Positions 27,396 to 37,478 of a stretch of DNA of 52,450 nucleotides are shown piece by piece (positions within the stretch are counted from its first letter, which is position 1; every line of letters starts with the position of its first letter). A program made the position numbers and the translations under genes. Under the pieces are notes generated by a model, which saw nothing but the letters and a program-made list of their open reading frames with translations, searched no databases and was not told the origin of the DNA. The stretch comes from Armatimonadota bacterium (GTDB taxonomy: Bacteria; Armatimonadota; Fimbriimonadia; Fimbriimonadales; Fimbriimonadaceae), in assembly GCA_031400935.1 (NCBI GenBank), contig JANNQV010000020.1, positions 62,001 through 114,450 on the forward strand, in the 5' to 3' direction.

Positions 27396-28465
27396 GCCGA
27401 CTTGCGTTCATCATGGCGGGCGGGACGGGCGAGAGGTTTTGGCCACTGTCTCGCGCAAGTCGCCCAAAGCAGCTTTTGAAGCTGACCGATCCAAACCAAA
27501 CCCTTTTAGAAGAATCTGTCCGAAGAATTGAGCCTCTGGTTGGGGAAAGTGGGGTCTATGTCATCACTGGAAGGCATCTTCAGAAGCCAATCGAAGATTC
27601 GGGGATTCTATTTCCGCCGCATATTTGGGTTGAACCACAAAAGAAGAACACTTTGGGAGCACTTGTTTGGGTCACGGCGAACCTAATTGCTCAGGATCGG
27701 GAGGATTCGACTCTTGCGATACTTACCGCAGATCACAAGATTTCAGACCCTGATGCATTCCGAGGCATGGTTGACTTAGCTATGGCCACGGCGGAAGAAA
27801 CTGGGGGGCTAGTCACTTGCGGAATCGTTCCGACTCGTCCTGAAACTGGGTACGGATACATCGAACTCGACCGAAGAACTACAACCGATTCGGGTTCAAT
27901 TCGATCCAAAGGATTTCGAGAAAAGCCTGATCTGGAATCTGCCATCCAGTTTGTAAATTCTGGAGATTTCCTTTGGAATTCGGGAATGTTTTTCTGGACG
28001 ACCAAGGCATTTCTTCGCGAATTAGAGTCCGCTCAGCCCGAAGTCCACGCAATTTGTTTTCAAATCGCAAATGCCCTGAAGTCCAACGAAATTGATGCTG
28101 CCAACGCCGCATTTGATTCGCTTCCAAGTCTCTCTGTTGATTATGCTGTGATGGAAAAGGCCTCTGAAGTTTGGGTGGTCGAAGCTAAATTCGGATGGGA
28201 CGATGTTGGGGCATGGGATTCGTTGACGCGCACAATGCCTACGAATCAAGGCGGAAATGTCGAGGTAGGCGACGTTTTGGCGATTGATTGCAAGAATGTC
28301 GTTTTCTACAATGAATCTGGCCTAAAGCTTACTGCCGTTGGAATTGAAAATATCGTGGCGGTGGCGACCGAGGACGCTATTTTGCTCTGCCCTATTGATC
28401 AAGCGCAGAGAGTGAAGGAAGTTGTAGAAAGGCTCAAGGGCGAAAATCCTGAACTGCTCTCGTGA
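27392..28465 (+). CDS. manC: Mannose-1-phosphate guanylyltransferase
   Basis: IMAGGTGERFWPLSR..PKQ, PETGYGYIE, FREKPD, WNSGMF, SVDYAVMEK, WDDVGAW; TTG start overlapping the galE stop. Confidence 0.92.
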   Translation: MSRLAFIMAGGTGERFWPLSRASRPKQLLKLTDPNQTLLEESVRRIEPLVGESGVYVITGRHLQKPIEDSGILFPPHIWVEPQKKNTLGALVWVTANLIAQDREDSTLAILTADHKISDPDAFRGMVDLAMATAEETGGLVTCGIVPTRPETGYGYIELDRRTTTDSGSIRSKGFREKPDLESAIQFVNSGDFLWNSGMFFWTTKAFLRELESAQPEVHAICFQIANALKSNEIDAANAAFDSLPSLSVDYAVMEKASEVWVVEAKFGWDDVGAWDSLTRTMPTNQGGNVEVGDVLAIDCKNVVFYNESGLKLTAVGIENIVAVATEDAILLCPIDQAQRVKEVVERLKGENPELLS

Positions 28466-28495
28466 CGGATACTTGTCAAACCAGTTAATAGCCCA

Positions 28496-28543
28496 CGGAC
28501 AGGATGTCCGGGGAGCAAAATGCGGAGCAGGAGCTCCGCGCTC
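28496..28543. repeat. REP-like hairpins (GGAGC-tagged) between convergent genes
   Basis: cggac-aggat-gtccg and gcggagc-agga-gctccgc-gctcc. Confidence 0.55.
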
Positions 28544-28544
28544 C

Positions 28545-29561
28545 TTAAACCTTGTAAAACTCCCGATACCATTCCACAAACTTCGGAATTCCGACCTCAA
28601 TTGTAGTTTTTGGTTTGTAGCCGACAGCCGATGCCAAATCGTCAACGTCGGCCCATGTAGCCAATACATCTCCCGGCTGCATTGGCAAGAATCTCTTCTC
28701 CGCCGCTTTACCTAAAGCACCTTCCAAAACTTCGATCATCTTCAACAACTCAACGGGCTGATCATTGCCGATGTTGTAGAGCCGGTATGGAGCTTTGCTC
28801 GAACTCGGATCGGGCGAGTCGCTGTTCCAGTTTGAGTTTGGCGTTGCTACATGGTCTATTGTCGCGATCACGCCGTCTACGATGTCGTCAATGTACGTAA
28901 AGTCGCGTTGCATTTGACCGTCATTGAACACGTCAATTGCCTTCCCTTCTAGAATCGCTCTGGTAAACAAAAACAACGCCATATCCGGCCTACCCCAAGG
29001 TCCGTAGACCGTGAAAAAACGAAGGCCTGTGGTTGGAATTTCGTAAAGATGGCTGTATGAATGCGCCATCAATTCGTTCGCTTTTTTCGTAGCGGCATAT
29101 AGGCTGATCGGGTGATTTACGTTGTCATGAACCGAAAACGGCATCTTTGTATTGCATCCGTAAACTGAACTTGAAGAAGCGTAAACGAGATGCTTTACAT
29201 TGAAATTCCTACAAGCCTCGAGCACATTGAGGAACCCAACGAGGTTAGATTGTGCATAGGCATGGGGGTTCTCTAAAGAGTAGCGAACGCCTGCCTGAGC
29301 CGCTAAATTAACATAAGCATCGGGTCGAAAACTCTGAACGACAGATTCATGTGCATCCCGATCTTCCAGTCCAATTCGGTGAAATTGAAAACCACTCTGT
29401 AGCTGCAATAGAGCTAGCCGAGCTTCCTTGAGCGAAGGGTCGTAATAGTCGTTGACATTGTCAATTCCCACCACTTGACGTCCCTCCGAAAGCAAACGCT
29501 GGCAAACATGAAAGCCGATGAATCCAGCCGCGCCTGTAACTAGAACCTTCTCAAATTTCAA
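28545..29561 (-). CDS. UDP-glucuronate 4-epimerase-type NAD-dependent epimerase
   Basis: [49 protein letters not shown]. Confidence 0.93.
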   Translation of the reverse strand: MKFEKVLVTGAAGFIGFHVCQRLLSEGRQVVGIDNVNDYYDPSLKEARLALLQLQSGFQFHRIGLEDRDAHESVVQSFRPDAYVNLAAQAGVRYSLENPHAYAQSNLVGFLNVLEACRNFNVKHLVYASSSSVYGCNTKMPFSVHDNVNHPISLYAATKKANELMAHSYSHLYEIPTTGLRFFTVYGPWGRPDMALFLFTRAILEGKAIDVFNDGQMQRDFTYIDDIVDGVIATIDHVATPNSNWNSDSPDPSSSKAPYRLYNIGNDQPVELLKMIEVLEGALGKAAEKRFLPMQPGDVLATWADVDDLASAVGYKPKTTIEVGIPKFVEWYREFYKV

Positions 29562-29576
29562 TATTCACGTTCCATT

Positions 29577-30371
29577 TCAGTTTGGCTTGCGGCACAAAAA
29601 TATGATCTCATCTCTGCTCACCCTATATTTCTCGATTTCAGCTTCGCTCAATTCCCGAACGAAGTCTACTTCTTCGACCAACCAGCCAACTGATCGTAAA
29701 CGAGACACATAGTCTGCCCGCGAATAAACCCGAAAATGGTCAATTTGGCCAAATCTTCTAAGACGCTCTTGCTCATCGTTGCATGAGGGGTCTTCAATCG
29801 TTGTTTCCAAGTTCAAAGCGATGGGTACCTGCAAAACCGCCCAGCCTCCAGGTTTGAGCACCCGTAGAATCTCTGACATGGCCAATCGGTCGTCGGGAAT
29901 GTGCTCGAGAACGTGGTTGCATAGGATCACATCAAAAGATTCATTAGGGAGGTCAATAGCGGTCACATCAAGCTTGACCATTGCCAAGCTTGGGTCCAAA
30001 TCGCCGCTCAGATATTCGACATTCGGCATCGCTTGGAGCCTGTTGCTAACTGTTGTTTCAGGTGCAATATGAAGAAGCTTAGTCGGTGACTCCCCTACCT
30101 CCATCTTGCGGGTAAGAAAGAGCCAAAGGAGCCTGTCTCTGTCGTAAGAATGGCAAAATGGGCAAGTAACTCGGCGCCGCCCAGCAGGCAGAATCTTAAG
30201 TTCCAAGATAGCTGGGGAATCCACGCCGCGCCAATCAAATTCGCGAAGCACCGCCGAGCAAAAAATACACTCGTATTTGTCGCCAAGCCATTCCTTCGCC
30301 ATTTGGCGCTTGCACCGCCAAATGAGCAGGCCTTTGGGGACTGCCCTCCTAAACATTTCCTTCAATTTCAC
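29577..30371 (-). CDS. Class I SAM-dependent methyltransferase with N-terminal Cys pairs
   Basis: CIFC..CPFC, LLHIAPE, FDVILCNHVLEHI, RVLKPGG, FGQIDH. Confidence 0.85.
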   Translation of the reverse strand: MKLKEMFRRAVPKGLLIWRCKRQMAKEWLGDKYECIFCSAVLREFDWRGVDSPAILELKILPAGRRRVTCPFCHSYDRDRLLWLFLTRKMEVGESPTKLLHIAPETTVSNRLQAMPNVEYLSGDLDPSLAMVKLDVTAIDLPNESFDVILCNHVLEHIPDDRLAMSEILRVLKPGGWAVLQVPIALNLETTIEDPSCNDEQERLRRFGQIDHFRVYSRADYVSRLRSVGWLVEEVDFVRELSEAEIEKYRVSRDEIIFLCRKPN

Positions 30372-30448
30372 CTGTTTATTCTCTCGTTCCTATTCTGAAG
30401 TTGCAGACTCAAAGTTTGCCCGATGGTAAACTTCCACGACTGTAGCTG

Positions 30449-31678
30449 ATGGTTCAAAACCGCTTGCGAATCCTTGTGATTTCAAACTATTATCCTCCTG
30501 ATATTAAGGGAGGACTCGAAATCAGCGCAAGTATTATCTGCAATTCTCTTGCCAAAGTGGGGCACGAGGTCACTGTTCTCACTCGTGAAGGAACTACGGA
30601 GTACATTGAACTTCAAGAAAACCCAGGTGTCCACAGGATTCTAACCCATTCGTTTCGCTTTGAGGACACTTCCAAATCCTTCTCAAGATTTGCTGGCTGG
30701 AAGGCAGTTAACGCGGCATTCAACAACGGAGCTATCAATGGCCCGATGCTTAGGGCTTTTCTGAAAAGCCGCAGTTTCGATGTCGCGATATGTTTTAGTT
30801 TGGAAGATCTAGGGCAGTCTTTAGCAGGCGTTCCAGCAGAATTTGGGATTCCTGTCCTGTGGTCTGTTGGCGATTACTGGCGAATCAAACAAAGAGAGTT
30901 CGGAACCAAGGGAATTCTCGCGAAGCTACGACGAAAAATGATAAGCAAACAAGTCAATCTTGAATTGAGTGCTCCTTTCGACAATGTAGTCTTTATCTCA
31001 GAAAATTTCCGAAACCAATTTGCCAGCGAAGGAATTGAACCAAAGAACTCAAATGTGATCTATCGAAGCTATCCGATCCCTGATTCTGTTCCGCCAATTG
31101 ACAGCCCCGACCGAAAGGGACGACTTGTAATCGCTTCGCAGCTGGTTCCTCATAAAGGCGTTCATATCGCCATAGAAGCATTTGCAAACTTGCGAAAAAA
31201 TAAGCCTGACCTGGATTTCAGGCTCGAAATTTTCGGTGGCGGCGACCCAACCTATGTGAAACAGCTTGAGGCTCAAATCGTTGCGAACGAGCTAAAAGAT
31301 CGAGTGTTCTTATGCGGGAGAATACCGCCCGATCAGGTCGCTATTGAATTTCAAAATGCAGTCGCAGTTATTCATCCCGTACTTTGGGAGGAACCCTTTG
31401 GCCGCGTTGCAATTGAGGCTATGGCCAACGGTGCGGTTCTTATCCCAAGCGATATTGGAGCAATTCGTGAAATTGTCGGCGAATCATTCGATTTGTTGTA
31501 TAAATTCGATGACGCACAGGAGTTAGCAGACCGAATCGAAAGAGTGCTTTTGGAACCTGAATTGTGCAGGAAAATCGCTGCGCAACTTCGCGAGAAACAA
31601 AAAAAGGAATTCAGTCCTGAGACGGAATGCGCAAAATACGAAGCGATCCTTTTGGGGATCGTTGCACTAGGACAATAG
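30449..31678 (+). CDS. Glycosyltransferase family 4
   Basis: YYPP..GG, HKGVH, EPFGRVAIEAMANG. Confidence 0.9.
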   Translation: MVQNRLRILVISNYYPPDIKGGLEISASIICNSLAKVGHEVTVLTREGTTEYIELQENPGVHRILTHSFRFEDTSKSFSRFAGWKAVNAAFNNGAINGPMLRAFLKSRSFDVAICFSLEDLGQSLAGVPAEFGIPVLWSVGDYWRIKQREFGTKGILAKLRRKMISKQVNLELSAPFDNVVFISENFRNQFASEGIEPKNSNVIYRSYPIPDSVPPIDSPDRKGRLVIASQLVPHKGVHIAIEAFANLRKNKPDLDFRLEIFGGGDPTYVKQLEAQIVANELKDRVFLCGRIPPDQVAIEFQNAVAVIHPVLWEEPFGRVAIEAMANGAVLIPSDIGAIREIVGESFDLLYKFDDAQELADRIERVLLEPELCRKIAAQLREKQKKEFSPETECAKYEAILLGIVALGQ

Positions 31679-31748
31679 GTGTCATAACTGTGTTGGCGCG
31701 ATTTTGCTAGCTGGTGAATCTAACTTCCACTAAAATTACCAGGGAACT

Positions 31749-33890
31749 TTGTATCTCAGGCATGGAATTTTTCCTCTTGTGGTAAGCGTGCGAAACATTG
31801 TTCTAGCAATCCTCTTTCTCATTGGGATAGGAGTGTCCTCCAAATCAGTCGCAGATGTCATTTCAATGAACTTGACTCCGGTGATGAACAATGCCCAAAT
31901 GGGCTCACCCGGCTACTACTTCTTGAGCAACGCAACGCTAAACTCATGGCAACCAGAAGCCTCAACGCAACGGCTTGACGTAACTTTTAATGCCTTTAAG
32001 GGAAGAATTGGGCAGACATTGACATCCTCGCCTGGAGTATGGACAGGAACCAATTTTCTCACTTTCATTATTGAAAATCCACAGGCGTATGCAGTCCGAA
32101 TGTCGTTCATGATCTCGACCAATTCCGATCCAAACAACTTCAGCAACGGTATGTACTGTGAATTCGACGTAGCTCCAAACTCTTCGGACCGCTACGCTCT
32201 TTACTTCTCGGAACCTACGCCTCCAAACGTGCAGATGCGGATTCTACCGAAGCCATATGAAGGTCGGTTCATAAGACCCAATGTTGCAAACTCATGCAAC
32301 TTGAACAATATCATGCATTGGCGGTTCGTTACGCTAAACACGAACCCTCACAGTCTCGTTTTCCGAGACTTTCAAAGAGTCAATTACTCTCTCACAATGA
32401 CCGATGTCGTTGACCAGTATTTTCAATACACGCCAAGGGACTGGATTGGAAAAATCCATACCAACCAAGACTTAACTGATGCCAAGAATGTCGAAGATGC
32501 AAACCTTACCGCGAACCCATTAACCGGTTTTCCATCGGGTTCCACAGTTTTGCCAAATCAAGGCACAAACGCTCGTTGGCGAACCACAAAATACAACAAT
32601 AAATGGTATTTCGTGCATCCGAATGGCAGACTCTTCTGGAGCTTTGGAATGACAGGAGTCCAGGATCAAACCAGCACGACAATACAGGGCCGCGAAGCAA
32701 TGTTTGAGTCGGTGCCGAGCCCTTCAGGACCTAATAGTGATCTATATTTCACGGCAAACAACTCTGCAGGCCAACAGATAACTTTTTACAACTTGCTTAA
32801 GCACAACATGCGGATCAAGTACGGAACCGGTGTGAATTTGCGAAACCAATTCATTACAACGACTAATCGGCGACTGGATTCATGGGGAATCAACACAATC
32901 GGATCCTGGTCGCTTGAAGAATTCCGACTTGCAAACAATCGCCCTTTTGTCCACTTATTGCGTACTATCGGGTTTCACACCCACCTTCCTACTCCCACTA
33001 CCGCTTGGTCTACCCCACCCGACCCGTTTCATCCTGAATTTCAATCGTGGATGACTACACAATTTGCTGCCGAATTAGCACAAATGAGTGGAATGTCCAA
33101 TTTCGTTGGAACTTACGTGGACAACGAAATGTCATGGGGACATACGATTTCCGGCGGAACATTGATAGACAGATACTCCTTGAGTATTGGGGTGCTTGCT
33201 GCACCGGCAAACCAACCTGCGAAAGCTGAGATGATTCGGGTTCTGCAACGAAAGTACCGCAATATTGGCCGTTTGAACCTAGCGTGGCGAACTTCATTTT
33301 CGACGTTTGTGGCATTGAACAATCCGGTTATATTCACTAGCCCAAGCCAGATAACTGCATCAATGCAAGCAGATCTGAAGGACTTCAACTATCGAATCGC
33401 GACTGCCTATTTTACGAAAGTCAAGAACGCTCTAAATGCCGCCGGATGTACTGGGCTTTATTTGGGATGCCGATTCTGGCATCAAGTGCCCGAAGTGGTA
33501 CAAGCTGCTTCACAATCGGTTGATGTGCTGAGCTTCAACAACTACGCTACCGCTACTGAATACAACTGGACCATGCTTAATGCACAGAGAAAGCCCGTTC
33601 TCATTTCTGAATGGAGTGTAAACACGGATGAAGGACCAACTTTGGGTGTACATGGCATAACTCGCGTCCAACGACAAGCACGTATTCAGGCAATGCTTCA
33701 AACTGCTGCTCAGCAGCCTAACGTCATAGGGCTTCATTGGTTTGAAATGTACGACATGCCGGCAGTAAATAGAGGCTACAACGACGAAAACTATGGAATC
33801 GGGGCTCTGGCAGTTACCGACTCACCACATAGTGAAGTAATTGACGCATTTCGATGGTTTGCCAGCCGAATTTACACGTTGAGGAACTGA
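31749..33890 (+). CDS. Secreted glycoside hydrolase, GH50 (beta-agarase)-like
   Basis: VDQYFQY..DWIGKI, WYFVHPNGRLFWSFG, RLDSWGINTIGSWS, YVDNEMSWG, YLGCRF, DVLSFNNY, KPVLISEW, IGLHWF..ENYGIG; start uncertain. Confidence 0.7.
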   Translation: MYLRHGIFPLVVSVRNIVLAILFLIGIGVSSKSVADVISMNLTPVMNNAQMGSPGYYFLSNATLNSWQPEASTQRLDVTFNAFKGRIGQTLTSSPGVWTGTNFLTFIIENPQAYAVRMSFMISTNSDPNNFSNGMYCEFDVAPNSSDRYALYFSEPTPPNVQMRILPKPYEGRFIRPNVANSCNLNNIMHWRFVTLNTNPHSLVFRDFQRVNYSLTMTDVVDQYFQYTPRDWIGKIHTNQDLTDAKNVEDANLTANPLTGFPSGSTVLPNQGTNARWRTTKYNNKWYFVHPNGRLFWSFGMTGVQDQTSTTIQGREAMFESVPSPSGPNSDLYFTANNSAGQQITFYNLLKHNMRIKYGTGVNLRNQFITTTNRRLDSWGINTIGSWSLEEFRLANNRPFVHLLRTIGFHTHLPTPTTAWSTPPDPFHPEFQSWMTTQFAAELAQMSGMSNFVGTYVDNEMSWGHTISGGTLIDRYSLSIGVLAAPANQPAKAEMIRVLQRKYRNIGRLNLAWRTSFSTFVALNNPVIFTSPSQITASMQADLKDFNYRIATAYFTKVKNALNAAGCTGLYLGCRFWHQVPEVVQAASQSVDVLSFNNYATATEYNWTMLNAQRKPVLISEWSVNTDEGPTLGVHGITRVQRQARIQAMLQTAAQQPNVIGLHWFEMYDMPAVNRGYNDENYGIGALAVTDSPHSEVIDAFRWFASRIYTLRN

Positions 33891-33993
33891 ATTGGGTGTA
33901 AGGTTTAGGGTTTATGAGGCACCAATCTTTGATCAGCCCAATTGGGTTCAATTTAATCTGGACTAGCCCCAAGTAAAATTAATACCTTGAAAC

Positions 33994-34716
33994 TCAGCTT
34001 GGCTTTCGCATAATTAGAAAGGCATAGCTTGTAAATGCCGAAAGTTTCGATTTGATGATTGCATTTGCAAACGCTCGATGAATAGCGAGAATCGGTTTGA
34101 GTCTTCGGTAATAGCCATCGTGACCAACAAGGCCAATATAGGATTCTATTTCAAACCCTACAGACTGAAGCTTTGCAATTTGGTTCTTGGTAGGGCCACG
34201 CGTCCAACTGTAATGAGCCGGGAACTTGTTTGTCATTCCCGAAGCGAGCCGCTCTGGATTGAAAGTCTTTAGAAGAAAGTGGCCGAAAGATTCGGGGATG
34301 ACGAAATTGAGCAAAAAAGGGAACGCGTAAAGGGTCGGGAAGAAGTGAAAGGCGAAGCCGCCGGGCTTCAAAATATCGAAAACGTTTTGATGGAACCTAC
34401 GGCCGTCAATTACGTGTTCGGCAAGCATTTTGCTAAAGACAAAGTCAAACTGTTCTGGCACGAACGGCACTTCACCTGTGATGTCGCCGCACAACTTCAG
34501 ATAGCCCTCAGGCGACTTGTCAAGCTCCTCTTGAGAAATATCCAGGATCGTATATTCTAAGGCATTCTGCTGAATAAATTCCAAGGACAAAAGCGGGTTG
34601 GCCCCGCCGCCAACTTCACAAATTGAGCGAAATCCATTTTTTTTCACCAAGTCAATGACGATTTGGTCGAACTCGGTAAATGCGTCACCAGTTTTTCTAT
34701 ATTCGACAACAGTCAT
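33994..34716 (-). CDS. Class I SAM-dependent methyltransferase
   Basis: EVGGGANP, LDIS, FDFVFSKMLAEHV, LKPGG; start uncertain (34716/34734/34776). Confidence 0.82.
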   Translation of the reverse strand: MTVVEYRKTGDAFTEFDQIVIDLVKKNGFRSICEVGGGANPLLSLEFIQQNALEYTILDISQEELDKSPEGYLKLCGDITGEVPFVPEQFDFVFSKMLAEHVIDGRRFHQNVFDILKPGGFAFHFFPTLYAFPFLLNFVIPESFGHFLLKTFNPERLASGMTNKFPAHYSWTRGPTKNQIAKLQSVGFEIESYIGLVGHDGYYRRLKPILAIHRAFANAIIKSKLSAFTSYAFLIMRKPS

Positions 34717-34764
34717 ATTGGATTCTCGCAACATGCGCTCACAATTGAGTAAGGAATTCTTCTC

Positions 34765-34870
34765 ATGCCCCCCCATTATGGAGTCGTTGTTGTCATGCCT
34801 GTCGGCCCCAAAGAGACATTAGATACCATTCAGGATAGTATTGAAGCAATTTGTCACTTCACGGATACTG
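34765..34870 (+). pseudogene. Truncated 5' remnant of a paralog of the downstream glycosyltransferase-like gene
   Basis: VVVVMPVGPKETLDTIQDSIEAICHFT aligns without gaps to VAFVVPMGPTCNPAFVRDTLESIIAYS of 34920..35810; different frame; similarity then ends. Confidence 0.55.
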
Positions 34871-34919
34871 CCTCAGTCGCATTCAGCTATAGGTATCATG
34901 AGATTCAAGGCAAAACAAG

Positions 34920-35810
34920 ATGGACAGCACTTCCCCAACCGTGGCGTTTGTTGTTCCGATGGGGCCAACCTGCAATCCTGCCTTCGTTAGGGACACACTC
35001 GAGAGCATCATCGCTTATTCCACTGAGCCGCACAGGATTTACTTGGGGTGCCATGAGTCGGTCGGAGAATCCGCCAAAATTGCTTGTTCCGGGCTAGAAA
35101 CTGTTCGCATTTGGACTCACACCAACACCGACGGACATGGAGGCAAACTTCTATACAACTTGAGCGCACTGTACGCCTACGCCATGGATGAGTCGCCGTT
35201 TGAAACGCTGATCCGACTCGATACGGATGCGCTGGCTATAGGAAAAGGATTTGATACAGATATCATGGAGTATTTTCGCCATAACTCGAGTGTTGGATTG
35301 GCCGGTAAGCTCGAATTCGCGAGACGAGGGACGCACGACAGTGTCACCCAACAGATTCTCGACAGCGCAACGTATAAAGTCTATTTGATTAGGCCACGTC
35401 GTCCACAAGCCATGTTCGCAAAATTCGGGCTTATGACCACATTGAGCCGAGCGCTTAAGGAAGGCGAAAAGCGAGGCTACCGATTGGCCGAGTACGTTTT
35501 TGGTGGATCATATGCCTTCTCTAGATCGTGCCTTGAAGCATTGCGAAGCAACGGACATTTGCCGAACAAGAATCTGATATGGACCGACCTTTCGGAAGAT
35601 TATCTGTTTGGGCTTCTAGTTCGAACTGCTGGATTTGAGCTTGGTTCTCTAAATGGGGCTAGGTTGCCTTTTCATGTTGCACATCGCCAACTTCCCTTGA
35701 GCCCCGAAGAGCTTAGGTCTTGTGGTGCCAAAGTCATCCACTCTGTCCGACGATTTAATGACCGGAACGAAAGCCAGATTCGAGAGTTCTTTCGCCAATA
35801 TCGAGAATAA
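34920..35810 (+). CDS. Putative GT-A fold glycosyltransferase
   Basis: VAFVVP first strand, LIRLDTDAL DxD motif, GGSYAFSR, SEDYLFG; polysaccharide context. Confidence 0.65.
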   Translation: MDSTSPTVAFVVPMGPTCNPAFVRDTLESIIAYSTEPHRIYLGCHESVGESAKIACSGLETVRIWTHTNTDGHGGKLLYNLSALYAYAMDESPFETLIRLDTDALAIGKGFDTDIMEYFRHNSSVGLAGKLEFARRGTHDSVTQQILDSATYKVYLIRPRRPQAMFAKFGLMTTLSRALKEGEKRGYRLAEYVFGGSYAFSRSCLEALRSNGHLPNKNLIWTDLSEDYLFGLLVRTAGFELGSLNGARLPFHVAHRQLPLSPEELRSCGAKVIHSVRRFNDRNESQIREFFRQYRE

Positions 35811-36045
35811 ACTGTGCGCGTCACGTTACGTTGATGCGAGATTCTTCCAATGCAAGGCTAAACTGATCTGCCACTTTCGAGAAGGCATCTTAAAACTAGT
35901 ATTCCACCATTAATAATTGCACGGCAAGCAAGGATTGTACGTTTTTTTGCAGATTTGAAGCAGAGTTTCGGGCTTTGGAACAACGAGAGGCCGCATGGTG
36001 ATTGTTGAATGCCAACGACTTACAACCAGCAACATTTAACACGCG

Positions 36046-37473
36046 CTAAACAGCCTTCATTTCGTCACTAGTCAATCCCAGCTCGCCGAGTCGCCGATCC
36101 CGTTGTTCTTGAAGTGACAAAAGCCCAAATACGACGCCGAAAAGCAAAAGCCAATAAGAGAAAGTTTCAAACTTTTGAAATCGAACGGCGTAAGGAATCG
36201 TGATTACAAAGAGCCAAAACACGAGCCATGTTGCGGACTTAATAGTTGAAATAAATATCCTGTCTTCCGTTTTTAACGATTTGACAGCGCGATAACAAAC
36301 GTAAATCAAAAAGAACAAATGAATTACTCCAGGGATACCCAGCAAAAAGTAAGACATTACGAGTCCATTGTCCCCAGCCCCATTCGCCTTGGAATAAAAA
36401 TCACCTTTTCCGAAGAGCATAAGCGAATAACCATCTTGGCCAACTCCTAGTATTGGAATATCATTTGCGACATCCGCCACCTTTTGCAACCCCATAACCC
36501 TAACCTGATAGGAAACATCCTTCTGGACCCCGGTTGAAAAGATATTTGTCATGTATTCGTAGCCGCCACCTGTTGTCAAAATCACGGTTCCAATCCCCAT
36601 GAGAACAAACATGACAGCCGAAGTCAGCAACGCTCTCCACTTTGCTACACGAATGAGATACACGAGAAACACGATTCCAAGAACAGCTGCGAAAACGAAT
36701 GTCAATCGGCTTTGGGAGTTCAAATTAGCATAAGAGAACAGGCCAAGCCCCATCAAGATGATTACGCCATGCAATTCCCTTAGTTTTTGCTTGAACGCCA
36801 TCGCGACACCAACCAAAATGCTGCATCCTATCAGATTAACAAAACCAAAAATATTTGGCCCAGAAAACACCGAAGTCGTCCGAACGCCTGTAATTTCCGA
36901 GGCACCAGCCTTAATAGAACTTTCTCCAACACCAATTCGGTAGGCAAAATTCACCATGTCGTTTTGAAACGGCCCGACGGATTGAAGGATTCCAATGACT
37001 GTACAGAGCGTAATGACCAAAAGCAACCAAAACAAAAGTGCCCGTGAAGCCGATTGCGCATCAATAACTGTAAACGCATACATGGCCCTAAAGACAAACC
37101 ACATGTTAAACATATTGAGGAGAATCGAAATTGTTTCGATCTCATAAAACATGCGGTTGAGCATTAAAGTGCCATGAATCGTGCTAAGGATCGTCAGGCC
37201 CACCAAACTGAACAGTATCCAGTCGAACGGCGTCCTGCGCAAAACAGCGACCCCACGAATTGCAATTGCAGACAATATCAAAAAAAATGAAATCGGCAGC
37301 GATGGCAAAATGTTGTACGGCAAGCGATCTTGAAGGTGCAAAGGGAATACAATCGAGCAGATAAGCAACGGCACGCCTGCCCAAACAAACAAGCGACGAA
37401 TCGCTAGTTCGGTTGGCATGATGCGGCCCAAAAGGCCACCAAGCGCCGGAGCCGCGGGAATTGCTGTGCTCAT
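36046..37473 (-). CDS. O-antigen ligase / Wzy polymerase-like membrane protein
   Basis: Many TM segments; RTTSVFSGPN, SQSR, ILGVG, DNG motifs. Confidence 0.75.
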   Translation of the reverse strand: MSTAIPAAPALGGLLGRIMPTELAIRRLFVWAGVPLLICSIVFPLHLQDRLPYNILPSLPISFFLILSAIAIRGVAVLRRTPFDWILFSLVGLTILSTIHGTLMLNRMFYEIETISILLNMFNMWFVFRAMYAFTVIDAQSASRALLFWLLLVITLCTVIGILQSVGPFQNDMVNFAYRIGVGESSIKAGASEITGVRTTSVFSGPNIFGFVNLIGCSILVGVAMAFKQKLRELHGVIILMGLGLFSYANLNSQSRLTFVFAAVLGIVFLVYLIRVAKWRALLTSAVMFVLMGIGTVILTTGGGYEYMTNIFSTGVQKDVSYQVRVMGLQKVADVANDIPILGVGQDGYSLMLFGKGDFYSKANGAGDNGLVMSYFLLGIPGVIHLFFLIYVCYRAVKSLKTEDRIFISTIKSATWLVFWLFVITIPYAVRFQKFETFSYWLLLFGVVFGLLSLQEQRDRRLGELGLTSDEMKAV

Positions 37474-37478
37474 AGCCT

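Noticed and set aside
28473..28900. Antisense ORFs opposite conserved genes (here and throughout the ORF track)
   Set aside because: Shadow frames of well-supported genes on the other strand
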